This document shows, one piece after another, positions 28,153 through 37,315 of a stretch of DNA of 57,878 nucleotides. The DNA is from Fidelibacterota bacterium. Its GTDB lineage: Bacteria > Fidelibacterota > Marinisomatia > Marinisomatales > JABMOV01. The stretch is taken from contig JBHHUC010000008.1 of assembly GCA_046861395.1 (NCBI GenBank), positions 1 through 57,878 of the forward strand, written 5' to 3'. The notes beneath the pieces were generated by a model. The model ran no database searches. It was not told the origin of the DNA and was given only the letters and a program-made list of their open reading frames with translations. The position numbers and the translations under genes were made by a program. Positions within the stretch are counted from its first letter, which is position 1. Every line of letters begins with the position of its first letter.

Positions 28153-28341
28153 CGATTTAATATTCCCGCCTGCTGCGATCCGGCCGGATTCTGATTATCA
28201 GTGTTAACGCTTGATATTGTGTATGATCAGGGACCATTGGGTACATATTTATTTACTGGAATCTATTACGAATCCCATCCTGTAAGTATCATTTTATCCA
28301 TTGAAACCAAAAACCACATTGGTCCTGCCAACGTTCAGTCA

Positions 28342-31300
28342 TTACGCAATCATTTCCCGCACAGTCTTATCCGATACGATGGTTCCCGTGTCCATTTCCG
28401 GTTCCCGATTACCTTGCTGCTGATGGCCGGACAGACTCGACAATTCGAGTACGGTAACCGTGCAAACCCCAAAGGACTCCTCCACCTTGCCCCGCAGCAG
28501 AAACAGCGATTCCCAGTTCAGAAGATCACCGTAGCGCCGGAAAACTGCCGGGAACAGGACGCATTCATAAATATCCGTTTCATCTTCCAGGGTCAGGAAT
28601 TCCATGGGATCGTGCCGGTGGGTCTGGGTGACTTTGCGCGTGATATAAACGCCGGCCAGACGAACCGTTCTCCCGATATACCGGGGGATATCCTTGGCCC
28701 GAATCACACGGCCCTTGAGCCTTTGGCGATAGGGAGCAAGGGGATGACGGGTAATGGGAAAACCGAATGTTTCCACTTCCATACGGTGGCGTTCCGCCGG
28801 TGATAGATCGCTCTGGACCGGCGGCTGTTGCAGCGGTTCGCCGGGGCCATGCTGCAAACAATGATGGGCCACCAGATAGGCAATTTCCTTGTGACTGCGT
28901 TTCGGTTCCAATGCGGCGAAACAGCCGGCGTTGGTCAGGGCCATGGCATCGGAAAGGTCGGGGTTGATCCGGGTGAAAAAATCCGCCAGGGATTGGAATT
29001 CGCCGGCTTTTCGTTCAGTCATAATAGCCTGGATGGTCTTGGCCTGAAGCCGCTTGATGGCCATGAATCCCATACGGATTTTTTGCTTTCGCCCCCGGAA
29101 TTCCCGATAGCTGCGATTAATATCCGGTGGCAGGATGGTAACGCCAAAGCGGCGGGCTTCGCTGAGATAGGCATAGGTCGAATAAAATCCTCCTTGGTTG
29201 GAGATGACGGCAGCCAGGAATTCGGCCGGATAATGCGCTTTCAAATAGGCACAGGTAAAGGAAAGCATGGCATAAGAGGCCGAATGGGGTTTGCAGAAAG
29301 AATAACCCACAAAGGAGGCAATCATGTCCCACACTGTTTTGATGAGAGAATCGGAATATCCCCGCTGCCGTGCTTTACGGAAAAATTTCTTTTTCCAGCC
29401 GGGAATCAAGTATTGCATGGAATCTCGACTCATGGTTTTTCGCAATGCTTCGGCCTCGGCATAGCCAAATCCGGCCATAACCCGGGCCACGGTGGACACT
29501 TGTTCTTCGTACACCATGATGCCATAGCTTTCATCCAAAAAGGCCAGATCAGGATGCAGGGACTGCCATGGTTTCCCGTGAATACGCTCCAGCATCAAGG
29601 TGGTGAATCGGTTTGCAGCCGGGCGAATGATGGAAGAATAGATAACAACATGTTCAAAGTCCACAATTCGGGCCTTGGCCAGCAACTGGCGTGTGGCCGG
29701 ACTTTCAATGTAAAAGATACCCATGGTTTTTCCGGCTGCCATCAGGGCTGTGGTTTTGGGATCACCCACCGGCTGAATCTGATGATAATCCATATATTTA
29801 GTGGCAGAGACAGCTCCGTAATTCAGATTAATCTGCCGGATGGTATCCCGTGCGACGGCCAGACTGCGGTTGCCCAGGATATCGATTTTCAGCAGCCCGG
29901 AATCTTCGACCTGGTCTTTTTCCCATTCTACGATTTGCACCCCCTTAGGCGCTTGTAGTACCGGAACATATTTACGTATTTCATCCGGCACAATGATCAC
30001 GCCGCCGGGATGAACTGACGGGTTGCGAAACACATTGATGATTTTTTCACTCTGGCGCAGGACATCCTTCAGTGTATCATCCAGATTGGCATGAGCAAAC
30101 CGGGGATCGGTACTGACCCAGCGGACCAGATCCCGCCGGCGCTGGTAATATCCCACCCGCCTGGTAATGCTTTTGATTTCTTCCCCCGACAGGCCGTACA
30201 CTTTTGCCACTTCCCGGATGGCGGACCGGGTTCGCAAAAAAACCTGATTGGCCACCATGGCCGACCGGTCCCGCCCATATTTATTAAAAATATATTCCAG
30301 GATGGCATCCCGTTCATCCCAAGGAAAATCCACATCAAGGTCAGGCATGTTTTCCCGTTCGGGGTGGATAAAACGCTCAAACTGGAGGGTATGGCGAATC
30401 GGATCCACCTGGGTGATGAAGAGGCAATAACTGACAATGGAGGCGGCCCCCGAACCCCGCCCGATCGTTGCTTGCGTCTGACTGACAATATCCCGAACAA
30501 TGAGGAAATAGGGCGCAAATCCCTTCTGGGCAATGAGACGGAGCTCGTATTCAATCCGGGTTTGAATGACAGGAGTAAGGTCCCCGTAGCGCTGCCGGGC
30601 ACCGGCCTGAACCCATTGCCGCAATTCCCGGTTGGCACGGTGTGTATCCCTGAGCTGTAAATGGGGGAAAATCGTATTGATAAAGGACCAGTCCGTTTTG
30701 CATCGCTCGGCCAGATAATAACTGTTGTTGAGGGCCTCCAGACTGTTGGGAAAGAGGTTGATCATGTCTTTTTCGGACCGAAACCAGTGATTGGCCGATT
30801 TGACATCATTCGGGTCAACCTGTGAAAGGGTAGTATTGTGTTCAATGGCCCGCAGGACACGATGCGCGGTCTGGTCATCGGGATCCAGGAAATAAACATC
30901 CCCGGTGGCAACCATTTCCAGTTGGAGTTCCCGGGCCAGGCGGGTGGCCGGCATTTCTTCCGTCCCGGGGCGCAATTCGACAAAGAGATGAGAATTGGGA
31001 ATGAGCGGTGCCAAATGCCGAAGCGTGTCTTCCCGGTGGCTCAGGACAAATACTCCGGCCTTTCGTTTATGTAGTACGGTCGACAGGCTTACATCTTCAT
31101 TATCATGTACGGCGGATATTATGCGACAGATATTTTCATATCCGGTCTGGTTTTCCGCCAACAATACGGCTTCATCACGGCGCGTAATAATATTGACTCC
31201 GGCAATGGGTTTGATCTTGGCCGCCGCGGCCTGTTGAACGAAACGGATGAATCCCCACAGTCCGTTGGTCTCCGTCAAAGCCAGATGTGACATGCCGTAT

Positions 31301-31386
31301 TCCCAGGCGCGGGAAAGGAGTTCCGCCTGGGGAGCCAGTCCGCGCATGGCCGAAAAATGGGAATGGACATTAAGATGTATAAACAC
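28342..31386 (-). CDS. dnaE2: Error-prone C-family DNA polymerase (DnaE2-type)
   Basis: PHP HLNVHSHFS; GRGSGA; catalytic PDLDVDF and KIDILG; YSFCKPHS; OB fold 'FLTLEDET'; 1014 aa without a tau-binding tail; overlaps the Y-family gene. Confidence 0.92.
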   Translation of the reverse strand: MFIHLNVHSHFSAMRGLAPQAELLSRAWEYGMSHLALTETNGLWGFIRFVQQAAAAKIKPIAGVNIITRRDEAVLLAENQTGYENICRIISAVHDNEDVSLSTVLHKRKAGVFVLSHREDTLRHLAPLIPNSHLFVELRPGTEEMPATRLARELQLEMVATGDVYFLDPDDQTAHRVLRAIEHNTTLSQVDPNDVKSANHWFRSEKDMINLFPNSLEALNNSYYLAERCKTDWSFINTIFPHLQLRDTHRANRELRQWVQAGARQRYGDLTPVIQTRIEYELRLIAQKGFAPYFLIVRDIVSQTQATIGRGSGAASIVSYCLFITQVDPIRHTLQFERFIHPERENMPDLDVDFPWDERDAILEYIFNKYGRDRSAMVANQVFLRTRSAIREVAKVYGLSGEEIKSITRRVGYYQRRRDLVRWVSTDPRFAHANLDDTLKDVLRQSEKIINVFRNPSVHPGGVIIVPDEIRKYVPVLQAPKGVQIVEWEKDQVEDSGLLKIDILGNRSLAVARDTIRQINLNYGAVSATKYMDYHQIQPVGDPKTTALMAAGKTMGIFYIESPATRQLLAKARIVDFEHVVIYSSIIRPAANRFTTLMLERIHGKPWQSLHPDLAFLDESYGIMVYEEQVSTVARVMAGFGYAEAEALRKTMSRDSMQYLIPGWKKKFFRKARQRGYSDSLIKTVWDMIASFVGYSFCKPHSASYAMLSFTCAYLKAHYPAEFLAAVISNQGGFYSTYAYLSEARRFGVTILPPDINRSYREFRGRKQKIRMGFMAIKRLQAKTIQAIMTERKAGEFQSLADFFTRINPDLSDAMALTNAGCFAALEPKRSHKEIAYLVAHHCLQHGPGEPLQQPPVQSDLSPAERHRMEVETFGFPITRHPLAPYRQRLKGRVIRAKDIPRYIGRTVRLAGVYITRKVTQTHRHDPMEFLTLEDETDIYECVLFPAVFRRYGDLLNWESLFLLRGKVEESFGVCTVTVLELSSLSGHQQQGNREPEMDTGTIVSDKTVREMIA

Positions 31387-32575
31387 GAGAGGACGGCCTC
31401 CCCGAAGGATGGGGATGGATTTTCAACAGGGTTGCGGACTGAATGCCGTCGCTGCCATACCGGGCCCGGATTCTGTCCAGGGCGCGTGACAGAGATTGCC
31501 GCTTGCTATCCGGCGTAACAAAGAGATCGGTTTGGGTGGCATATTGTTGAAAGGATGTGGCGTCCAGCAAAATGGAACGGACCCGGTTGCGGCGATAATT
31601 GGCCTGATCGAAAAGGCGATGACAGACTGCGGCCAGGGAAAAATCATCGTTGGCGGTGAACGCACCGTGGCGGGCACTTTGAAACCCATCCGTATAATGA
31701 ATTTCCAGTTTGACCTGCCGGGCAATCTGCCGCCGCTGCCGCAACTGAAAGCCTACCTGCTCCGCCAGCCGGGTTACCGTTGCCCCAAGCAGAGTATCGT
31801 CATTGGTATCATCCGGCAAAACGCATTGTTCCAGAATATGATCGCGGAGATTCGGGGGACGAACCGCCGCCGTGTCCTGCCCCCGGGCTTCCCGGGACAG
31901 ACGGTTGGTAAACGGTCCGAACAGGATACGGGCTTCCTCCGGATGTTGCGTGAGACGTTGCACGTGATGAACGTGATCCAGATAGAGGAAATGAATGATT
32001 TTTCTTACCGCTGACTGATGAGCCGTTGGCAAAACCGGGGTGTCAAGGGGAGAGAGAAACCGGGCCTCATGGCCGCGGGCAATTTCATAAACTGGATCGG
32101 GGACGACGGCGGTGGCAATGCGGCTCACCAGTTTATTCCGGCTGATTGCGGCGGAACCGGAAACGGAAGCGCGGTCCCGAATCTGCCGGGTGATGGATTC
32201 GCCTACGTTCAGAAAACTGGTATAGACCGTCTCCATGCCGGTCATATCAAGGTAGAATTGTCCGAAACCGGTCGGCTCCACCAGCGGGGTAAATGCGGAT
32301 ACGGTAGAATAGATATAACTGTTGAGACGTGCATAGAGGGAACGGTTATAAGGCAGAAAGAGTACACTGTGACTTATTTTTCGTGCCAGGGATACCTTCA
32401 TGCCCGGGACCAGTCCTTCCTGGCGGGCCTCCGGCGACGTGACAACCAGAGTGCCATCCTGCCGGTGGGAGGAAATGATGGCCACCGGACGGGTCCGGAG
32501 GGAGGCATCCAGGGTCCGTTCGGCCTGAAGCTCAAAGTCACGTAACCGTAAATGAATGATAGACGATTTTATCAT
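31370..32575 (-). CDS. Catalytically inactive Y-family polymerase (ImuB-like)
   Basis: Y-family layout (RPVAI, SPEARQEG...GM, NKLVSRIA). Catalytic carboxylates are replaced (HLRLRDF for HxDxDxF; GFGQFYLD for SIDEAYLD). Clamp motif QTDLF; C-terminal LSRALDRIRARYG. Confidence 0.88.
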   Translation of the reverse strand: MIKSSIIHLRLRDFELQAERTLDASLRTRPVAIISSHRQDGTLVVTSPEARQEGLVPGMKVSLARKISHSVLFLPYNRSLYARLNSYIYSTVSAFTPLVEPTGFGQFYLDMTGMETVYTSFLNVGESITRQIRDRASVSGSAAISRNKLVSRIATAVVPDPVYEIARGHEARFLSPLDTPVLPTAHQSAVRKIIHFLYLDHVHHVQRLTQHPEEARILFGPFTNRLSREARGQDTAAVRPPNLRDHILEQCVLPDDTNDDTLLGATVTRLAEQVGFQLRQRRQIARQVKLEIHYTDGFQSARHGAFTANDDFSLAAVCHRLFDQANYRRNRVRSILLDATSFQQYATQTDLFVTPDSKRQSLSRALDRIRARYGSDGIQSATLLKIHPHPSGRPSSRVYTS

Positions 32576-32607
32576 GGTCTAGTCTGGTCAAAACAGAATG
32601 CTCCGGT

Positions 32608-32626
32608 TTCCGGTCGGGGACCGGAA
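32608..32626. other. Intercistronic GC-rich hairpin upstream of the ImuB-like gene
   Basis: TTCCGGTC-ggg-GACCGGAA, a perfect 8-bp stem. Confidence 0.5.
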
Positions 32627-32657
32627 TTCGGTGATATAACCGGCCGGATGCGATGCG

Positions 32658-32846
32658 TCAGGAGTGATGGGTCGTGGTTCGAATCCGGGAATTTTTGCGC
32701 TGAAAAAGCAATGCCAGGAAATCTTCTACCGGAAACGAAGATCGAAGAGGATGCTCCGGGTGCCAGGGCTTTACCGACGGAGTCAGGGTCTGAGCCAGTA
32801 GAAATAATGGAATACGTTGGGCTGAAGGGAGGGGGGATGGTTTCAT
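32658..32846 (-). CDS. Small hypothetical protein (62 aa) between lexA and the ImuB-like gene
   Basis: ATG 32846 lies 16 nt after the lexA stop and is preceded by SD-like GGAAAGGA at 6 nt spacing. Confidence 0.55.
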   Translation of the reverse strand: MKPSPLPSAQRIPLFLLAQTLTPSVKPWHPEHPLRSSFPVEDFLALLFQRKNSRIRTTTHHS

Positions 32847-32862
32847 CGTCTGTCCTTTCCGT

Positions 32863-33471
32863 TTAATTATATTCACGGAACGAGTAGAGCACGATCCCCT
32901 GGATGTGAAAGGCATCTCCGGGATGAACATGAATCACGGCATAGTTGGGATTACGGGGATGCAGTTCCACTCCGGATGGTTTGGGATAATACCGTTTCAA
33001 AGTGGCTTCACCGTTAATCAGTGCCACCACGGCTTGTCCGGGATGGGCGGCGGCAGACTTGCGCACGATAATATAATCACCATCTTCGATGCAATCCTCA
33101 ATCATGGAATCACCGTTAACCTTGAGAACATAATTGTCAGGGTGGGTAAAGGGAGCCGGAACATCCACCGTTTCGGCATTTTCCAGCGCTTCGATGGGTT
33201 CTCCGGCAGCGATTAGCCCCAGTAATGGCAAACGAGCCGGCGTTGCAAGCTCTTCGTTGAGGGTCAGGGCGCGTTTGCCATTGGGACCTTTGGCGCGATT
33301 GAGGTAGCCATTGTCGGTCAGGGTCTTGACATACCAGTTCACGGTGCCCAGGGAAGCGAAACCCAGGGCAGCCATGATTTCTTCGTACGACGGGGCCTGG
33401 CCGTTCTCGAGAGTAAAGCGGCGAATAAAGTCCAAAAAGCGTTGTTGTTTGATCGTGAGTGGCGTGCTCAT
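32863..33471 (-). CDS. lexA: LexA repressor
   Basis: wHTH 'LT.KQ...LDFI......G.APSYEEI...LGFAS..TV'; Ala-Gly cleavage site IAAGEP; catalytic Ser (GDSM) and Lys (TLKR); SD GAGG before ATG 33471. Confidence 0.96.
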   Translation of the reverse strand: MSTPLTIKQQRFLDFIRRFTLENGQAPSYEEIMAALGFASLGTVNWYVKTLTDNGYLNRAKGPNGKRALTLNEELATPARLPLLGLIAAGEPIEALENAETVDVPAPFTHPDNYVLKVNGDSMIEDCIEDGDYIIVRKSAAAHPGQAVVALINGEATLKRYYPKPSGVELHPRNPNYAVIHVHPGDAFHIQGIVLYSFREYN

Positions 33472-33477
33472 AAAAAC

Positions 33478-33526
33478 CTCGTAAGTTTCTCGTAAGTATA
33501 TTACGGCATATTCCCGAATCATGCAA
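33478..33526 (-). promoter_or_regulatory. sigma70-type lexA promoter overlapped by a candidate operator
   Basis: Minus strand TTGCAT-17 nt-TAATAT; palindrome CGTAA-N5-TTACG at 33491-33505; direct repeat ACTTACGAG x2 at 33478-33497. Confidence 0.6.
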
Positions 33527-33643
33527 GAAATTTTATCACTATCCGAACACAGCCCACAGGAAAAATTCTGAACTTGTCCCTTAAATCATTCCTGTCATTT
33601 CCTTAATTTCTTCTACGTACCAGAGTAAATTATTGGAGGCAAC

Positions 33644-34393
33644 ATGCATAAAGTGGTTTTACTCCGGCATGGAGAGAGCGAATGGAATTTGTCCAATCGT
33701 TTTACCGGCTGGACCGATGTTGATTTAACCCCCCGGGGCATTGAGGAGGCCAAGGCGGCGGGGAAAATTCTGAAACAGGAAGGATATATTTTTGATGTAG
33801 CCCATACTTCCGTGCAGAAACGCGCCATTCGGACTCTCTGGCTAACCCTGGATGTCATGGACCTCATGTGGATTCCAGTCTACCGTCACTGGCGTTTAAA
33901 TGAACGGCACTATGGTGCCCTGCAGGGACTTAACAAGGCGGAAACGGCCGAGAAATACGGTAATGAACAGGTCCTGATCTGGCGCCGCAGTTACGATACG
34001 CGGCCACCGGCGCTGACCAAAGAGGATAAGCGCTACCCCGGACACGATCCCCGCTATGCTCATCTTGATGAAAAAGATATTCCTTTGGCCGAATGTCTCA
34101 AAGATACAGTGGAACGGTTTTTACCCTACTGGCACGATGCGATCGTTCCTCATATAAACACCGGTCAGCGGGTCCTGATCTGTGCCCATGGGAATTCCCT
34201 GCGGGCCCTGGTCAAGTATCTGGATAATGTATCCGACCAGGATATCGTGGGACTAAACATTCCCACCGGCGTACCGCTGGTATATGAGCTGGATGATACC
34301 CTGAAACCCCTTCGGCATTATTATCTCGGCGATCAGGAAGCCATTGCCGCCAAAGCCGCCGCCGTGGCTGCGCAAGGTCAGGTCAAGTCGTAA
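33644..34393 (+). CDS. gpmA: 2,3-bisphosphoglycerate-dependent phosphoglycerate mutase
   Basis: [48 protein letters not shown]. Confidence 0.98.
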   Translation: MHKVVLLRHGESEWNLSNRFTGWTDVDLTPRGIEEAKAAGKILKQEGYIFDVAHTSVQKRAIRTLWLTLDVMDLMWIPVYRHWRLNERHYGALQGLNKAETAEKYGNEQVLIWRRSYDTRPPALTKEDKRYPGHDPRYAHLDEKDIPLAECLKDTVERFLPYWHDAIVPHINTGQRVLICAHGNSLRALVKYLDNVSDQDIVGLNIPTGVPLVYELDDTLKPLRHYYLGDQEAIAAKAAAVAAQGQVKS

Positions 34394-34420
34394 AGAAATA
34401 ACGGACAGATATCATCCGCC

Positions 34421-34879
34421 GTGATCCATATTGCCTTGTTCGAGCCTGAAATTCCACCCAATACGGGCAATATCATTCGGCTGTGTGTCAATACGGGGTT
34501 TGCCCTTCATCTGATCGAACCGCTGACTTTCAGCCTTGAGGACCGGTATCTGCGTCGTGCCGGACTGGATTATCACGCACAGGTTACGGTCCGGGTCCAT
34601 CCCGATTTTGAAGCTTTTCTGCAATACATGGCCGGGAAAAGAATATTTTCCGTAACCACCAAAGCAGACACGGATTATACCGCCCTGGAATTCCGGGCCG
34701 ATGATGTTCTTCTGTTCGGACCGGAAACACGCGGTTTACCGGCTGCCATCCGGACCCGATTCCAGCAGATCCGGATTCCCATGCGAACCCCGGAACGAAG
34801 TATCAACCTGGCTAATGCCGTCAGTATCGTTGCGTATGAAGCCTGGCGACAATTAGGGTTCTCCGGCCGTCTGGACTGA
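34421..34879 (+). CDS. trmL: tRNA (cytidine/uridine-34-2'-O)-methyltransferase
   Basis: [37 protein letters not shown] (SPOUT). Confidence 0.95.
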   Translation: MIHIALFEPEIPPNTGNIIRLCVNTGFALHLIEPLTFSLEDRYLRRAGLDYHAQVTVRVHPDFEAFLQYMAGKRIFSVTTKADTDYTALEFRADDVLLFGPETRGLPAAIRTRFQQIRIPMRTPERSINLANAVSIVAYEAWRQLGFSGRLD

Positions 34880-34993
34880 TTTTCACCGGCTTATTTCTTC
34901 CCAACACCCGGTGAATCTTCCCTTGATTTCAATTCCCTATCGTCAGAAATTCAACGTCACTCAGAAATGAGTTACTAACCGAAAAATCAGGCA

Positions 34994-35179
34994 ATGAACG
35001 AAAAACGCACACAAGATCGATCTTATGAAGTCGGAGAAATAATTACCATCAACCGGGTGGACTGGGTGGTTGCCGAGACACCGAATGATAAAATACGTCT
35101 ATATCGCGAACGGATTGATGGAAGCAGTCAGACCATGGATGTAACACTGGAAGAACTGGAACGACTAACTGATCGATAA
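34994..35179 (+). CDS. Small hypothetical protein (61 aa)
   Basis: Fills the intergenic gap; protein-like composition; upstream TTGATT-17-GAAATT promoter-like sequence. Confidence 0.65.
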   Translation: MNEKRTQDRSYEVGEIITINRVDWVVAETPNDKIRLYRERIDGSSQTMDVTLEELERLTDR

Positions 35180-35221
35180 ATCACACTATCCTTTTTCACT
35201 TTTTTGAGATCCGGAGAAACC

Positions 35222-37315
35222 GTGTCATCGGTTCAATTTATTTTTGGCATACATAATCATCAACCCGTAGGGAATTTTGATTTTGTTTTCGAGGAAGCAT
35301 ACCAGAAAAGTTATAAACCCTTCCTTGATGTCTATGAATCCTTTCCCGACCTGGCATTAGTCATCCATCTAAGTGGATGTCTTATTGAATGGTTGGAAGC
35401 CCATCATCCAGAATATCTGGATCGTATCAGGACACTGGTGGCCCACCGCCAACTGGAAATTCTTTCGGCCGGATTCTATGAACCGGTCCTGGCGATTATC
35501 CCGGATCGGGACAAGCGCGGCCAAATCGCCAAGATGAATCAATATATCGCCGAGCGGTTTCAGTACCAGGCCCAGGGATTATGGCTGACGGAACGAGTGT
35601 GGGAACCACATCTGAGTCGTCCCCTGCATGAGGCCGGGATACGCTATCTCACGGTGGATGATTTTCATTTCCTTTCGGCCGGTCGCAGCCGGGAGGAAAT
35701 GACCGGTTATTTCATGACGGAAGAGCAAGGTTATCCGACCGGCGTTTTCCCCATCAGTCAGCACCTACGTTATGCCATGCCGTTCCAGGAACCGGAGGCG
35801 ACGATTGCCCATCTCAAGTCTCTGGCCACGGATAAGGGCGATCGGGTCATTGTCATGGCCGACGACGGTGAAAAATTCGGAGTGTGGCCCGGAACCTACG
35901 ATCGCTGCTATGAAAAAGACCGCTGGCTGGAACGCTTTTTCCAAGCTCTGCAGGATAACCGGGACTGGTTGAAAACGACAACGTTCAAAGAATATTTTCA
36001 TATTTTTCCGCCCCGGGGAAGAGTGTATCTGCCCACCGTCAGTTATTTTGAAATGAGTGAATGGACCTTGCCGGCGGAAAAAGGGGAAAGATTTTCGGCT
36101 CTGGTGCATAACATGGAATCGGCCGGAACCCTGGATAAAAACAAATCCTTTTTACGGGGAGGAACCTGGCGGAATTTTCAATCTCTTTATGATGAATCCA
36201 ATTGGATTCAAAAACGCATGGTGCAGGTTTCCGATCGCCTGGCACAGGCGATGGCAGATTCACCTTCCGCCGCAGCTTTGACCGCAGCGCAGGATGATCT
36301 CTGGCGGGCACAGTGTAATTGCGCCTACTGGCATGGTGTGTTCGGTGGCCTCTATTTACCGCATCTCCGACATGCGATTTATACCCAGCTCTTAAAAGCA
36401 GAGTCGGCCTTGCAACAGGATTCGGATAATGCAACGGGTGATGACCTGGACCTGGATGGCGGTCGTGAATTTGTATTGCAATCGGATCAGCTGAAAATCA
36501 TTACCGGTGAAAAGGGCGGCCTGATCCGTGAACTGGATTATTTACCCCGTTTCTTCAACCTGGCTGATACCATGCGACGCTATGCGGAAAGTTATCACAG
36601 TAAAATTTCCCAGGCCAAAACGGAAGCCTCGACTGACGGCTCCATCCATGATATTGTGACTGCCAAAGAAAACGGATTGGAAAAATACCTGCAAACGGAT
36701 ACCTTGCCACGGGCCATTTTGGTGGATCATTTTTTTCCGTCCGATCTGCACGTGGTTGATCTTACCGCCCATTGCCCCGAACAGGGGAACTTCAATGATG
36801 CCTTTTTTACGGCGACGTCCGGATTGCCGCTTGACCAGATCGAATTATCGGCGGTCGGGATGGTCGGCTCCCTTCCTGTGGCGGTGAAGAAACAGATGAA
36901 GCTTGCAGGGAATGAATTAAAAATAACGATCCAAGTCACCAACCGCAGCCAGGACGTTTTAACCGGCTTATACGGAAATGAATTGAATTTTTCCCTGCTG
37001 GGAGGACATACTCCGGACCGTTATTATCTGATCAATGGCGAAAAGCCAAGTAATCATTTGCTCGACAGTCAGGGCGAGTCTCGTAATGTGAGAGCGCTGG
37101 CACTGGTCAATGAATGGGACCAATTTGCCGTGACCCTATATTTTCCACATCCTGAGACCGTCTGGCGCCATCCCGTATTCACTGTTTCCATGAGTGAATC
37201 GGGATTTGAAAAAATTTATCAGAGTTCGGCTGTAATTCCCATCCGGCCATTGACCCTGGACCCCGACGAAACAATGACGATGGAATTTCTACTAAAGGTG
37301 GATGAATGGATTTAA
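35222..37315 (+). CDS. GH57 alpha-amylase/4-alpha-glucanotransferase
   Basis: HNHQPVGN, WLTERVWEP (nucleophile Glu), DDGEKFG (acid/base Asp), YWHGVFGGLYLPHLR; GTG start after GGAGA. Confidence 0.93.
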   Translation: MSSVQFIFGIHNHQPVGNFDFVFEEAYQKSYKPFLDVYESFPDLALVIHLSGCLIEWLEAHHPEYLDRIRTLVAHRQLEILSAGFYEPVLAIIPDRDKRGQIAKMNQYIAERFQYQAQGLWLTERVWEPHLSRPLHEAGIRYLTVDDFHFLSAGRSREEMTGYFMTEEQGYPTGVFPISQHLRYAMPFQEPEATIAHLKSLATDKGDRVIVMADDGEKFGVWPGTYDRCYEKDRWLERFFQALQDNRDWLKTTTFKEYFHIFPPRGRVYLPTVSYFEMSEWTLPAEKGERFSALVHNMESAGTLDKNKSFLRGGTWRNFQSLYDESNWIQKRMVQVSDRLAQAMADSPSAAALTAAQDDLWRAQCNCAYWHGVFGGLYLPHLRHAIYTQLLKAESALQQDSDNATGDDLDLDGGREFVLQSDQLKIITGEKGGLIRELDYLPRFFNLADTMRRYAESYHSKISQAKTEASTDGSIHDIVTAKENGLEKYLQTDTLPRAILVDHFFPSDLHVVDLTAHCPEQGNFNDAFFTATSGLPLDQIELSAVGMVGSLPVAVKKQMKLAGNELKITIQVTNRSQDVLTGLYGNELNFSLLGGHTPDRYYLINGEKPSNHLLDSQGESRNVRALALVNEWDQFAVTLYFPHPETVWRHPVFTVSMSESGFEKIYQSSAVIPIRPLTLDPDETMTMEFLLKVDEWI

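Noticed and set aside
32671..32690. tRNA T-loop-like GGTTCGAATCC
   Set aside because: The T-stem pairs poorly, and no D-arm, anticodon arm or acceptor stem can be built.
28201..32866. Long plus-strand ORFs (e.g. 28828-29958, 30091-30660, 31496-32014, 32018-32545)
   Set aside because: Antisense shadows of dnaE2 and the PolY gene, with no recognisable motifs.
34882..34915. Inverted repeat TTCACCGG...CCGGTGAA after trmL as a terminator
   Set aside because: The 18-nt loop and absence of a clear U-tract make it too weak to call.
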